DNA of 64,000 nt from an uncultured Lachnospiraceae bacterium (GCA_944383545.1 CALWPY010000003.1:175698-239697), one strand, 5' to 3'; numbered from the stretch's first letter, positions 18,953 through 28,520 are shown. Notes: generated from the sequence alone by a model not told the origin. Translations and numbers: made by a program.

Positions 18953-20008
18953 TCATTTTTCCGATGTCCTTTGTTTTAATGTAACCAAAAGATAAAGAAT
19001 ATAATATAATTTCAGATTAAAAAGTGTATATACTATCCAATCAGCTTTAGATTTTTTAAATAAATTATGTTTAGCCGCCCTGTTCAGCTTTTCTTTAAAT
19101 ACATCTGCTTTTCTGAAATATCTTATAACTCCTATTCTCTTTCTCAGACTCATTTTTACTTTTACCGGACTTACATATCTTACAACCGTAAATATCCTCC
19201 TTGCAAGTTCACTTATCCATAATTCAGGAAAAAGCGAATCAATATCCATATCCTTAAGATATTTACGTTTTAATTTCAGACATTTGATTAAAGAATTAAT
19301 GTTATTAATATTCACCTTTCCGGTAGTACTGTGCTCATATCTCATAAGCCAGCAATAATATACTTTAGGATTTAATACAATTTTGGGATTATTCATATAA
19401 AGCTGTGTGGTAAAATATAAATCTTCATATCCGTATCTCATACTTTCATCAAAACACATGTTATTTTCTACAAGAAAATCCCTTTTGTATATTCCTGCCC
19501 ATATGCCCTCACCGGACCTGTTGATTTCATTAAAATTTTTTCTTACTTCATCGCCAGAAAAAACGCCTTCCGAAAAAATGTTATCTTCTTCAAAAACCTT
19601 TTTCCCGTTTTTATATACCACATATTTTCTTGAAAATCTCACAACATCGGCATTATGTTTTTCAGCCAGTTCATAATTATCTTTAAGCAAATCCTGAAGA
19701 TATATGTCATCATTATCACAAAATGCTATATATTTGCCCCTGGCGGCTTTAAGTCCTCTGTTTCTGGCAGCGCATATTCCTCCGTTTTTCTGGTGAATGA
19801 CATTTATTCTTTCATCTTTAGCAGAATATTCATCACAAATTATTTCGCTGCCGTCAGATGAGCCGTCATCCACAAGAATAATCTCAAATTTTTTAAATGA
19901 CTGACAAAGGATACTTTCAAGCGTGTTACCTAAATATTTTTCAGAATTGTATACAGGAATAATAATGCTTATTTCAGGTTTATCTGTCATACTTATTCTT
20001 TCCACCAT
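18953..20008 (-). CDS. Glycosyltransferase family 2
   Basis: IIIPVYNSEKYL and VDDGSSD motifs of the GT-A fold. Confidence 0.85.
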   Translation of the reverse strand: MVERISMTDKPEISIIIPVYNSEKYLGNTLESILCQSFKKFEIILVDDGSSDGSEIICDEYSAKDERINVIHQKNGGICAARNRGLKAARGKYIAFCDNDDIYLQDLLKDNYELAEKHNADVVRFSRKYVVYKNGKKVFEEDNIFSEGVFSGDEVRKNFNEINRSGEGIWAGIYKRDFLVENNMCFDESMRYGYEDLYFTTQLYMNNPKIVLNPKVYYCWLMRYEHSTTGKVNINNINSLIKCLKLKRKYLKDMDIDSLFPELWISELARRIFTVVRYVSPVKVKMSLRKRIGVIRYFRKADVFKEKLNRAAKHNLFKKSKADWIVYTLFNLKLYYILYLLVTLKQRTSEK

Positions 20009-20790
20009 ACATCAAACTGATGTCCTTTTCTTTTTTCTTCCGGAGGCAGTTTCATATAATCTCCATAGAGGCTTTTTAAATAATAATCCCAACATGAAGG
20101 AGCCGGAAATTTTTTTCCTTCAAAAGTCACTTCACAAGGCTCAAGGAAACTTCTCGGCATTTTTTCCTGAGGACCGTACCCCCATAAAAAACCGCCTACA
20201 TAAGGTGAAGTATTTATATCATATTCACTTGATATCCTGTTCAGCTTATCACATAATTTTACCGTATTGAGACGCCTGCAAATCGGAATAAGAATATATT
20301 TTGCTGCTGTCGCGTACCACGTTGCACCTGTTCCTATTTCACTGTATGCAGTAAGTAACAGTGTTTTATAAAACTTAATACGCCTGAATTTCTTCTTTAT
20401 TTTCCTTTCACTGTCAGGCATTCCATCCAATGGAAATATATCAATCCATACACTTGTCAGCGCTTCTTTATCCAGATATTTTTCCTTAATTTCTGTTTTT
20501 GTATTTACCAGCTTGATAAAAGGATATATGGATTCTCCGTTTTTCCATGAAATCTTTTTCACTTCGTCATCTTTCTCATCAGGAAGTTCCAGAAATTTTT
20601 GGAAATCATCCCTAGGCATAAGAACATCAATATCATCATCCCATGGAATAAATCCCTTGTGCCTTACCGCACCCAGCAGTGTTCCTCCGCAGAGATAATA
20701 TCTTAAGTTGTTTTTTTTACATATTTCATCCAGCTTTATTAATAAATCTAATTCTATCTGCTTAACTTCATCAGTATCTATTTTTCTCAT
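19993..20790 (-). CDS. licD: LicD-family phosphotransferase (phosphocholine / polyol-phosphate transferase family)
   Basis: LCGGTLLGAVRHKGFIPWDDDIDVLM signature. It overlaps the downstream GT2 gene by 16 nt. Confidence 0.85.
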   Translation of the reverse strand: MRKIDTDEVKQIELDLLIKLDEICKKNNLRYYLCGGTLLGAVRHKGFIPWDDDIDVLMPRDDFQKFLELPDEKDDEVKKISWKNGESIYPFIKLVNTKTEIKEKYLDKEALTSVWIDIFPLDGMPDSERKIKKKFRRIKFYKTLLLTAYSEIGTGATWYATAAKYILIPICRRLNTVKLCDKLNRISSEYDINTSPYVGGFLWGYGPQEKMPRSFLEPCEVTFEGKKFPAPSCWDYYLKSLYGDYMKLPPEEKRKGHQFDVWWKE

Positions 20791-20821
20791 TAATTATTCC
20801 TCTATATATAAGATACGGTTA

Positions 20822-21805
20822 CTATAATAAACTGTCGATATAAAATAATATCTTATCAATCTTAAATCTTCTGAAATTCATAACCAGCCATGTGGCATAA
20901 TGTGTCTTAAATTCTTCGGCTCTTATTTTTCTTCTGAAGGTAATATATTTATTTCTGTACTTTTTTCCGGCTATCTTTTTAATCATTTTGTCATATGTTT
21001 CATACAAAATACTCATCTTTTTTAAACCGCAGCCTTTTGCATTATAAAGCAAAGCTGCCGTAAGACCCGAAATAATGCAATATTCCAAAATAGCCCTGCA
21101 TGAGGCATCTTTCTTCCCTATAATTTCATCATAAAAAGAATTTATTGCCTCGGTATATCCCATAAAAATATCCGACCTGTCCTGCTTTTTATTCTGTGTC
21201 ATGGAATTATCATTATATACATAATAATATCCTGCATAATCAAGAATTTCAATTTTTGGTTTTTCAAGTAACACGCGATATGCAAACTGCTCGTCTTCAT
21301 ATCTTCTAATTCCCCTGAAATCAATACCATGATTTTTCAAAAATGATGTCTTATACATTTTATTACAGGCAGACATATAAAACCATGCATTTATTTTTTC
21401 CCTTCCGGGTTTATTAACCTTAAATTTACCGTTTTTTGCACGTATATAGCCGCCCACAGCGAGGTCTGCGTCATTTAATTCCATTGCATTAATATAGGTT
21501 TTAAGAAAATCTTTTGAAATATAATCATCACTGTCCAAAAAAATTATATATTTACCCTCTGCATTTTTTATACCGAGGTCACGGGCATATCCCGAGCCCA
21601 TATTTTTTTCACAATGCAACAGTTTTATCTTTTCAGGTATACTTTTCATATACCTGTCAATTATTTTTATACTGTTATCCGTTCCGCAGTCATCTATAAA
21701 AAGCACTTCATAATCTGAATAAGTCTGATTTAATATGCTTTTTATACATCTTGATATATACTTTTCAGAATTATATACGGGAACTATAATTGATACATCT
21801 TTCAC
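20822..21805 (-). CDS. Glycosyltransferase family 2
   Basis: IIVPVYNSEKYI, IDDCGTD and LDSDD motifs. Confidence 0.85.
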   Translation of the reverse strand: MKDVSIIVPVYNSEKYISRCIKSILNQTYSDYEVLFIDDCGTDNSIKIIDRYMKSIPEKIKLLHCEKNMGSGYARDLGIKNAEGKYIIFLDSDDYISKDFLKTYINAMELNDADLAVGGYIRAKNGKFKVNKPGREKINAWFYMSACNKMYKTSFLKNHGIDFRGIRRYEDEQFAYRVLLEKPKIEILDYAGYYYVYNDNSMTQNKKQDRSDIFMGYTEAINSFYDEIIGKKDASCRAILEYCIISGLTAALLYNAKGCGLKKMSILYETYDKMIKKIAGKKYRNKYITFRRKIRAEEFKTHYATWLVMNFRRFKIDKILFYIDSLL

Positions 21806-21840
21806 TTTAATTACTCTCCAAAACCAAAATTTATATCAAT

Positions 21841-21884
21841 AAAATCCCTGTGATTAAAGAATTATCTGTCATCCCAGGGATTTT
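21841..21884 (-). terminator. Hairpin downstream of the GH94 gene
   Basis: AAAATCCCTG (21841-21850) pairs with CAGGGATTTT (21875-21884). The loop is large. Confidence 0.5.
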
Positions 21885-21897
21885 AAACAAGCCTTAT

Positions 21898-24303
21898 TTA
21901 GATTGTAAGAATTACTTCATTCGTGTCGGAAAGAACATCATAAGGAATATAGTTTCCTTCTACTGCCTTACCGTTTACTGTAAGACTCTGAACTCCTGAT
22001 TCTTTTCCGTCAGGATTAAGCACTGTAATGTCCAGATGCTTTCCTCTGTAATCCTTTGATATCTTAAACTCTTTCCATTCTGAAGGCACTGAAGGCGCAA
22101 CCTTTAAACCGTTAAAGTCAGGTCTCATACCAAGTATACCTTCAACACAGGCAACCATAACGGTAGATGCAGTACCTGTAAGCCAGTGAACGTGAGCCCT
22201 TCCAAAGAACGGGCTGTCCGTTGCCTCTGTAAACTGTCCGTGGCAGTAAGGCTCAAGCTTACGGATTTCTGCCTTGTCATTCATTGCAGCAGGTGAAGAT
22301 TCCATAAAGTACTCAAATGCCCTGTTTCCGTGACCCATAAGAGCCTCCGCAAGGATTATCCAGCCCTGAGGCTGTGAGAATATACCGCCGTTTTCCTTGG
22401 TTGACGGATTAAAGAGAAGCATAAGCGCTCCGTCAAAAGCATGATTTACATATGATGGAGCCATAAGTCTTACTCCATAAGCAGTATTTAATTCCCTGTG
22501 TACGGATTCCAGTGCTTTTTCTGCCTGGTCTTTTGATGCCAGACCGCTTATTACTGCCCATGACTGAGGGTTAAGCCACATACTTCCTTCAGGGTCCTTC
22601 TTGGAGCCGATAATCTGTCCGTCTTCCTTAAAACCTCTTATATATCTGTCATCTTCCCAACAGAGTGACTGAATCGTATCTCCAAGCTCTTTCTGAATTT
22701 TATCAATATATGCTATATATTCAGAATCCTTCTTCATTTCTGCAAACATTTTAATTACGGTCATTGCATAATAAAGCTGCATTGCAACGAAGGTAGATTC
22801 ACCTTTCTTACCCAGTCTTAAACAATCATTCCAGTCCGCATGAAGACCTGCAGGCATATTGTGAAGTCCGAGTCTGTTCATGGAAAAGTCTATGGCTCTC
22901 TTAAGGTGGTCATATACCGTACCCTCTCCGCCGTTAGCATATAAAATAACCTCATCTATAAAGTCTGTGTTTCCAGATTCAGCTATATATTTATAAACCG
23001 TAGGGAAAAGCCAGAGTGCATCATCTGCCCTGTATGCAGGATGTCCTGTTTCCCTTACATATGATTCATCATCAGGTGTATCTTCATGTCCGGCATTATG
23101 GGTAAATTTAACAAGAGGAAGTCCGCCTCCGTTATCTACCTGAGCCGATAACATAAATCTTATCTTTTCAAGTGCCATTTCAGGTGCAAGATGTATGATT
23201 CCCTGAATATCCTGAACTGTATCACGATAACCGTAGCCGTTTCTCAGACCGCAGTATGAGAATGAAGCAGCTCTTGACCAGATGAATGTCATGAAACACT
23301 GATATGCATTCCATGTATTAATCATGGCATTAAATTCTTTGCTAGGAGTTTCAACCTGAAAATGATTTAATTTTCCGTGCCAGTAATTTATAAGCTCTGA
23401 AAGTTCCTCTTCAGCAGTTTTTCCCGGATTTTCCTTATATAAAGCCATAATTTCTTCAGCTTCTTCGTCATTTTTCATTCCGAGAATAAAAGCAATTTCT
23501 TTACTTTCGCCCGGCTTAAGGGTAATCTTGCAGGAAAGTGCTCCGCAGGCATTTTCATTATAATTAAGCTTGTTGCCAAGGTCTCCACTTTCTATACCTG
23601 CAGGATTATTATAACCGTGATATCTTCCAAGGAATTCTTCCTTGTCACCGCAGTATGAATCAACCTTTTCTCCTACAAGTCCGAAAAATCTCATAAATGC
23701 AACATTTCCGTTTATTGCTTTGCCCTTGTTTACATTTTCATTTATAACCTGCTTTATTCTGTCACCCATAAAATATGTTCTGGTTATATACAGGGTATAC
23801 TGCAGATTTACCTGGTCCTGTTCATAATTATTATCGTTTGTAAATTCACAGAAGCCCGAAACAGTAAGATTTCTTTCTCTGTCGGAATTATTTGTAACCT
23901 TTGTCTTCCAGACCTCATAAGTCTTATCAAGTGGTACATAATAAAGTACCTCTGAGGTTATGTCCGAATATTCGGCTTTAATCTTAGTATATCCGGTACC
24001 ATGATGACATTCGTTTTTGTAAGTCTCCAAATCTTTTCCTACAGGCTGCCATGAAGCAGACCAGTAATCCCTGCTGTCATTATCTCTCAGATAAACATAT
24101 CTTCCCGGCTGGTCAAAATTATTGAATACATAACGGAGTATTCTGCCGTTAGCACCTGATTTTACAAAGCTGTAACCGCCTGCATTATTTGATATTATTG
24201 CCCCATATTCAGGAGAACCGAGATAGTTCGCCCAAGGTGCAGGAGTATCAGGTCTGTCTATAACATACTCTTTGTTCTCTTCATCAAAATAACCAAATCT
24301 CAT
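21898..24303 (-). CDS. GH94 glycoside phosphorylase (cellobiose/cellodextrin/chitobiose phosphorylase family)
   Basis: The N-terminus MRFGYFDEENKEYVIDRPDTPAPWANYLGS is the classic cellobiose phosphorylase start, and the ~800-aa length agrees. I chose the start at 24303 because the track ATG at 24315 sits inside the GGAGGA SD. Confidence 0.85.
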   Translation of the reverse strand: MRFGYFDEENKEYVIDRPDTPAPWANYLGSPEYGAIISNNAGGYSFVKSGANGRILRYVFNNFDQPGRYVYLRDNDSRDYWSASWQPVGKDLETYKNECHHGTGYTKIKAEYSDITSEVLYYVPLDKTYEVWKTKVTNNSDRERNLTVSGFCEFTNDNNYEQDQVNLQYTLYITRTYFMGDRIKQVINENVNKGKAINGNVAFMRFFGLVGEKVDSYCGDKEEFLGRYHGYNNPAGIESGDLGNKLNYNENACGALSCKITLKPGESKEIAFILGMKNDEEAEEIMALYKENPGKTAEEELSELINYWHGKLNHFQVETPSKEFNAMINTWNAYQCFMTFIWSRAASFSYCGLRNGYGYRDTVQDIQGIIHLAPEMALEKIRFMLSAQVDNGGGLPLVKFTHNAGHEDTPDDESYVRETGHPAYRADDALWLFPTVYKYIAESGNTDFIDEVILYANGGEGTVYDHLKRAIDFSMNRLGLHNMPAGLHADWNDCLRLGKKGESTFVAMQLYYAMTVIKMFAEMKKDSEYIAYIDKIQKELGDTIQSLCWEDDRYIRGFKEDGQIIGSKKDPEGSMWLNPQSWAVISGLASKDQAEKALESVHRELNTAYGVRLMAPSYVNHAFDGALMLLFNPSTKENGGIFSQPQGWIILAEALMGHGNRAFEYFMESSPAAMNDKAEIRKLEPYCHGQFTEATDSPFFGRAHVHWLTGTASTVMVACVEGILGMRPDFNGLKVAPSVPSEWKEFKISKDYRGKHLDITVLNPDGKESGVQSLTVNGKAVEGNYIPYDVLSDTNEVILTI

Positions 24304-24318
24304 AATATCCTCCATAAA

Positions 24319-26403
24319 TTATTCTGCATCTTTAAGACTTAAGCTAACCTTACCCATCTTATCTATATCAAGAACTTTTACTCTGACTTCATCCCCGATA
24401 TTTACAACATCTTCTACTTTATTTACTCTTCTGTCAGCAAGTTTTGATATATGAATCATACCGTCCTTATTCGGAGAAAGCTTTACAAAAGCACCAAATG
24501 GCATAATTCTTACAACCGTACCTTCGTAAGTCTTACCAATTTCAAGAGGGTCAACTATTGAATGAATTATATTAATTGCCTTTTCAATCATATCTTCATC
24601 AATGCCACAGACACATACTCTTCCGTCATCATCAATGTCAATCTTAACACCTGTTTCCTCAATGATTGAATTAATTGTCTTTCCTCTCTGTCCGATTATT
24701 TCACCAATCTTCTCAGGGTCAACCGTAAGCTGACGAATCTTAGGAGCATATTTTCCGAGATGCTCTCTAGGTGCAGGAATACACTTAAGCATTACCTCAT
24801 CTAAAATATATATTCTTGCCTCTCTTGTTCTTGCAATAGCTTCACGTATAATGTCTTCAGTAAGTCCGTGAATCTTAATATCCATCTGAATTGCAGTAAT
24901 ACCGTCTTTTGTACCTGCAACCTTAAAGTCCATATCTCCGAAAAAGTCTTCAAGTCCCTGAATATCAGTAAGAACTATATAGTCATCATCAGTATCTCCC
25001 GTAACAAGTCCGCATGAAATTCCCGCAACAGGTTTCTTTATAGGAACTCCGGCAGCCATAAGTGACATTGTGGATGCACATACAGAAGCCTGTGACGTAG
25101 AACCGTTTGATTCAAAGGTCTCTGATACAAGGCGTATTGCATAAGGGAATTCTTCTTCTGAAGGAATAACAGGAAGAAGCGCTCTTTCAGCAAGTGCACC
25201 ATGTCCTATTTCTCTTCTTCCCGGTCCTCTTGAAACCTTTGTTTCTCCAACTGAATATGAAGGGAAGTTATAATGATGCATATATCTCTTTGAAGTTTCA
25301 TTTACATCAAGTCCGTCAATTCTCTGTGCATCTGAAAGAGGTGCAAGAGTTGTAACGGTACAAATCTGAGTCTGTCCTCTGGTAAACATGGCCGAGCCAT
25401 GGACTCTAGGAATTATGTCAACTTCTGCAGCAAGAGGTCTTATCTGTGTAATCTCTCTTCCGTCAGGTCTCTTGTGGTCCTTTAAAATCATCTTACGAAC
25501 GGTCTTCTTCTGATACTGATAAACAGCATCATCAATAAGTGCAAGCCACTCTTCGTTATCTGCAAATGCTTCTGCAAGCTTGTCCTTTATATTTCTTATA
25601 TTTTCTTCTCTTACCTGCTTAACATCCGTAAATACAGCCTCTTCCATTTCTTCAGGCGGAACGATTTCCTTAATGGCTGCAAATAATTCTTCAGGAACTG
25701 CACAGCTCTCATAACTATGCTTTGGCTTTCCACATTCAGCTACGATTGTATCAATAAATGCTATAACCTGCTGATTTACCTTATGAGCCTCAAAAATCGC
25801 CTCAAGCATCTTATCTTCAGGTACTTCATTTGCTCCTGCTTCAATCATTATTACCTTGTCTCTTGTTGATGCAACAGTAAGCTTTAAATCTGATACATGA
25901 TTCTGCTGTGTATTTGGGTTAATTATAAATTTGCCGTCAATAAGTCCTACCTGTGTTGTTGCACATGGACCGTCAAACGGAATATCTGATATACATGTTG
26001 CAATAGATGAGCCAAGCATCGCAGTAAGTTCAGGTGAACATTCAGGGTCTACTGACATAACAAGATTGTCCAATGTAACATCATTTCTGTAGTCCTTAGG
26101 GAACAAAGGACGCATAGGTCTGTCAATTACTCTCGAAGTAAGAACGGCATTTTCAGAAGCCTTTCCTTCCCTTTTGTTAAATCCTCCCGGAATTTTTCCT
26201 ACGGCATAAAGCTTTTCTTCATACTCAACACTGAGTGGGAAGAAATCTATACCTTCTCTTGGCTTTTCTGAAGCCGTAGCTGTTGAAAGAACAACAGTTT
26301 CTCCGTAGTGCATAAGTACAGCACCGTTAGCCTGCTTTCCGACTCTGTCTACATCTACGACAAGAGGTCTTCCTGCAAGCTCCATTTCAAATTTCTTATA
26401 CAT
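24319..26403 (-). CDS. pnp: Polyribonucleotide nucleotidyltransferase (PNPase)
   Basis: Two RNase PH domains (FGDMDFKVAGT), a KH domain (GQRGKTINSI) and a C-terminal S1 domain. Confidence 0.95.
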   Translation of the reverse strand: MYKKFEMELAGRPLVVDVDRVGKQANGAVLMHYGETVVLSTATASEKPREGIDFFPLSVEYEEKLYAVGKIPGGFNKREGKASENAVLTSRVIDRPMRPLFPKDYRNDVTLDNLVMSVDPECSPELTAMLGSSIATCISDIPFDGPCATTQVGLIDGKFIINPNTQQNHVSDLKLTVASTRDKVIMIEAGANEVPEDKMLEAIFEAHKVNQQVIAFIDTIVAECGKPKHSYESCAVPEELFAAIKEIVPPEEMEEAVFTDVKQVREENIRNIKDKLAEAFADNEEWLALIDDAVYQYQKKTVRKMILKDHKRPDGREITQIRPLAAEVDIIPRVHGSAMFTRGQTQICTVTTLAPLSDAQRIDGLDVNETSKRYMHHYNFPSYSVGETKVSRGPGRREIGHGALAERALLPVIPSEEEFPYAIRLVSETFESNGSTSQASVCASTMSLMAAGVPIKKPVAGISCGLVTGDTDDDYIVLTDIQGLEDFFGDMDFKVAGTKDGITAIQMDIKIHGLTEDIIREAIARTREARIYILDEVMLKCIPAPREHLGKYAPKIRQLTVDPEKIGEIIGQRGKTINSIIEETGVKIDIDDDGRVCVCGIDEDMIEKAINIIHSIVDPLEIGKTYEGTVVRIMPFGAFVKLSPNKDGMIHISKLADRRVNKVEDVVNIGDEVRVKVLDIDKMGKVSLSLKDAE

Positions 26404-26441
26404 TTTTTCGTCTCCTTAATTTTTATTTGAATTAAGACTCC

Positions 26442-26501
26442 GAAACAACTGAAAAATACACTCGGAAAATGCACTTTTCAGAAGTCTCGGGGCAGTCTTA
26501 A
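26442..26501 (-). promoter_or_regulatory. Long hairpin in the pnp 5' leader
   Basis: On the minus strand, TTAAGACT..CCGAG..CTGAAAA pairs with TTTTCAG..TCGG..AGTCTTAA. It resembles the RNase III-processed autoregulatory hairpin known for E. coli pnp. Confidence 0.45.
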
Positions 26502-26514
26502 TACAATCTTATTA

Positions 26515-26543
26515 ATTTTATCACATGCCACTTTTTACTTCAA
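26515..26543 (-). promoter_or_regulatory. Sigma-A-type promoter for pnp
   Basis: On the minus strand: TTGAAG (26543-26538), a 17-nt spacer, then TAAAAT (26520-26515). Confidence 0.5.
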
Positions 26544-27920
26544 TCATTTTCTTGCTAAAATAAAATTAAAAATGACTTCCAGAATGGTATTAACATCCTT
26601 CTTTGTTACATCTACCGTTAAATCCGATGCTGTTTCATAATAAGGCGTTCTTCTGAAAATCATATCAGAAATTCTGTTCTTTATTTCATTACAGTCATCA
26701 CCTTTAAGAAGCGGTCTTTTTGTATCAGATTTTACTCTTTCATAAATTTCCTCTGCGTCGGTTTTCAAATATATGATTCTGCCCAGATTTTTCATAAGCC
26801 TTATATTTTCAGGCCGGAGTACCATTCCCCCTCCCGTGGAAATAACAGTATTATATTTTTTATTTACAAACTCTTTAAGAAGTGCCGTTTCCATATTCCT
26901 GAAACTCTCTTCCCCCGAATTTTCAAAAATACTGTTTATGGATGTATTTTCTCTTTCTTCTATTACTGCATCCGTATCGATAAATTCCATACTAAGCTTT
27001 TCGGCAAGTGCCTTTCCCACTGTTGACTTTCCTGAGCCCATATATCCTACAAGAATTATATTGTCACCGTAAAGCTTTTTTCTGAGCTTTGTTAAAATAC
27101 GTTCAGTAAGTTCATCTGATATTTTTATTTCATTCCATAGCTCATACGCTTCTATTCCCTGATATAAAAGCATTTTCAAACCGTTAAATACAGGTACATT
27201 TCTATTGATAAGCTCCTTCATAAAAGGTGTTACTGCAGGATTATATATTAAATCAACTCCTGCCTTTGCCATATCATAAAAGTTTTCATCAGAAATCAGC
27301 ATTTCATCGCTGTCATGAAGTCCCAGAGATGTACATTGAAACATCAGATATTTTCCGAATGGTATTTCCTTATATTCGTCTTTGGCAAGAGGAATAATGA
27401 CCGAACAGCCGAAGTATTTATTCATTTCATCAGAAAGACTTATCGCTTTGTCCTTTCTTCTGTTTATTAAATAAACTTTTTTTGCTCCTTCGCTGAGGCA
27501 CATGTAACAGACTGCCCTTGATGCACCTCCGGCTCCCAGAATAATGATATTCTCATCTTTTATATTTATTCCCTCTGAAAAACAGGCACGCTTAAGTCCT
27601 GACATATCGGTATTATAACCCTTATAACCGTTTTCCGTTCTTACAAGCGTATTAACGGCTCCGATTTTTTCTGCTGCATCATCAATCTCTGCCAGGCAAT
27701 CTATTACATCCTGCTTATGGGGCACAGTTACATTAAGTCCTTTTATATTTAGCCTGTAAGCACCCTCAACTGCACTTTTTACACCGTCTTCCACCTGAAA
27801 AGGCACATATACTGCATTTATTCCCAGTTCATCGGACAGTGTATTATGTATGTCAGGTGACATTGTATGCTTTATCGGATTACCGATAATACCCAAAACT
27901 TCAGTACTGCCGTTTATCAT
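26544..27920 (-). CDS. aroE: Bifunctional shikimate dehydrogenase (AroE) / shikimate kinase (AroK) fusion
   Basis: The N-terminal ~280 aa carry NVTVPHK and GAGGASRAV (AroE). The C-terminal ~170 aa carry the P-loop GYMGSGKSTVGK (AroK). Confidence 0.85.
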   Translation of the reverse strand: MINGSTEVLGIIGNPIKHTMSPDIHNTLSDELGINAVYVPFQVEDGVKSAVEGAYRLNIKGLNVTVPHKQDVIDCLAEIDDAAEKIGAVNTLVRTENGYKGYNTDMSGLKRACFSEGINIKDENIIILGAGGASRAVCYMCLSEGAKKVYLINRRKDKAISLSDEMNKYFGCSVIIPLAKDEYKEIPFGKYLMFQCTSLGLHDSDEMLISDENFYDMAKAGVDLIYNPAVTPFMKELINRNVPVFNGLKMLLYQGIEAYELWNEIKISDELTERILTKLRKKLYGDNIILVGYMGSGKSTVGKALAEKLSMEFIDTDAVIEERENTSINSIFENSGEESFRNMETALLKEFVNKKYNTVISTGGGMVLRPENIRLMKNLGRIIYLKTDAEEIYERVKSDTKRPLLKGDDCNEIKNRISDMIFRRTPYYETASDLTVDVTKKDVNTILEVIFNFILARK

Positions 27921-28052
27921 AATCTATCTCCAATCTGCTTCTATTGCTTATATCTATGAACGCTTCGCGGTATCGCGCGCATGAAAAATCTCACTTCGTG
28001 CGATGGCGTCGCGGCTGTCCCCCTCCCTTTGGCCGGCGGAATCATAACTTAA

Positions 28053-28078
28053 AATGCAGCGGCAAATACCGCTGCATT
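28053..28078 (-). terminator. Intrinsic terminator of rpsO
   Basis: 10-bp stem AATGCAGCGG / CCGCTGCATT with a 6-nt loop. A U-rich tail follows on the minus strand. Confidence 0.8.
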
Positions 28079-28086
28079 CTTTAATA

Positions 28087-28353
28087 TTACTTTCTGAGTC
28101 CGAGACTTTCGATAAGTGTTCTGTAACGCTCAATATCCTTAGCCTTAAGGTATGCAAGAAGGTTTCTTCTCTGACCTACCATCTTAAGAAGTCCTCTTCT
28201 TGAATGATGGTCATTTGGGTGAGTCTTAAAATGCTCATTTAAGTCATTAATTCTGGCTGTAAGAAGCGCTACCTGTACCTCAGGTGAGCCTGTGTCACCC
28301 TCACTGCGTCCATACTTTTCAATAATCTCTTTCTTCTGCTCTGTAGTAATCAT
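28087..28353 (-). CDS. rpsO: 30S ribosomal protein S15
   Basis: 88 aa containing [29 protein letters not shown]. An AGGAGGA SD is present. Confidence 0.97.
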   Translation of the reverse strand: MITTEQKKEIIEKYGRSEGDTGSPEVQVALLTARINDLNEHFKTHPNDHHSRRGLLKMVGQRRNLLAYLKAKDIERYRTLIESLGLRK

Positions 28354-28434
28354 TTTGTTTTCCTCCTGAATTTAATAATCTCCTGTTACCGAGTCCGGGT
28401 CGGAGTTTCCCGTAACTAAGTAAAGGCTTAAATT

Positions 28435-28463
28435 ATAATAGCATAGTGAATTCATCAAATCAA
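28435..28463 (-). promoter_or_regulatory. Sigma-A-type promoter for rpsO
   Basis: On the minus strand: TTGATT (28463-28458), a 17-nt spacer, then TATTAT (28440-28435). The leader contains hairpin GTTAC...GTAAC at 28386-28417, which could be an S15 autoregulatory element. Confidence 0.5.
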
Positions 28464-28520
28464 GTATAATTTACAAATAAAAATGGTTTAAAAAAACTTC
28501 TGTATGTATTATACTAATTT

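Noticed and set aside
27956-28087. 43-codon Arg-rich plus-strand ORF (MNASRYRAHEKSHFVRWRRGCPPPFGRRNHNLKCSGKYRCIL) in the GC-rich block. The block also contains a UACCGCG heptamer reminiscent of the T-box motif.
   Set aside because: The ORF has no SD or promoter and runs antisense through the rpsO terminator. For the T-box idea only 7 nt match. There is no UGGU bulge sequence, no Stem I or specifier features, and the leader is too short.
27954-28157. 67-aa minus-strand ORF spanning the GC-rich block and overlapping the 3' end of rpsO.
   Set aside because: It overlaps rpsO in another frame and reads through the rpsO terminator hairpin. It has no SD. Its composition simply reflects the GC-rich block.
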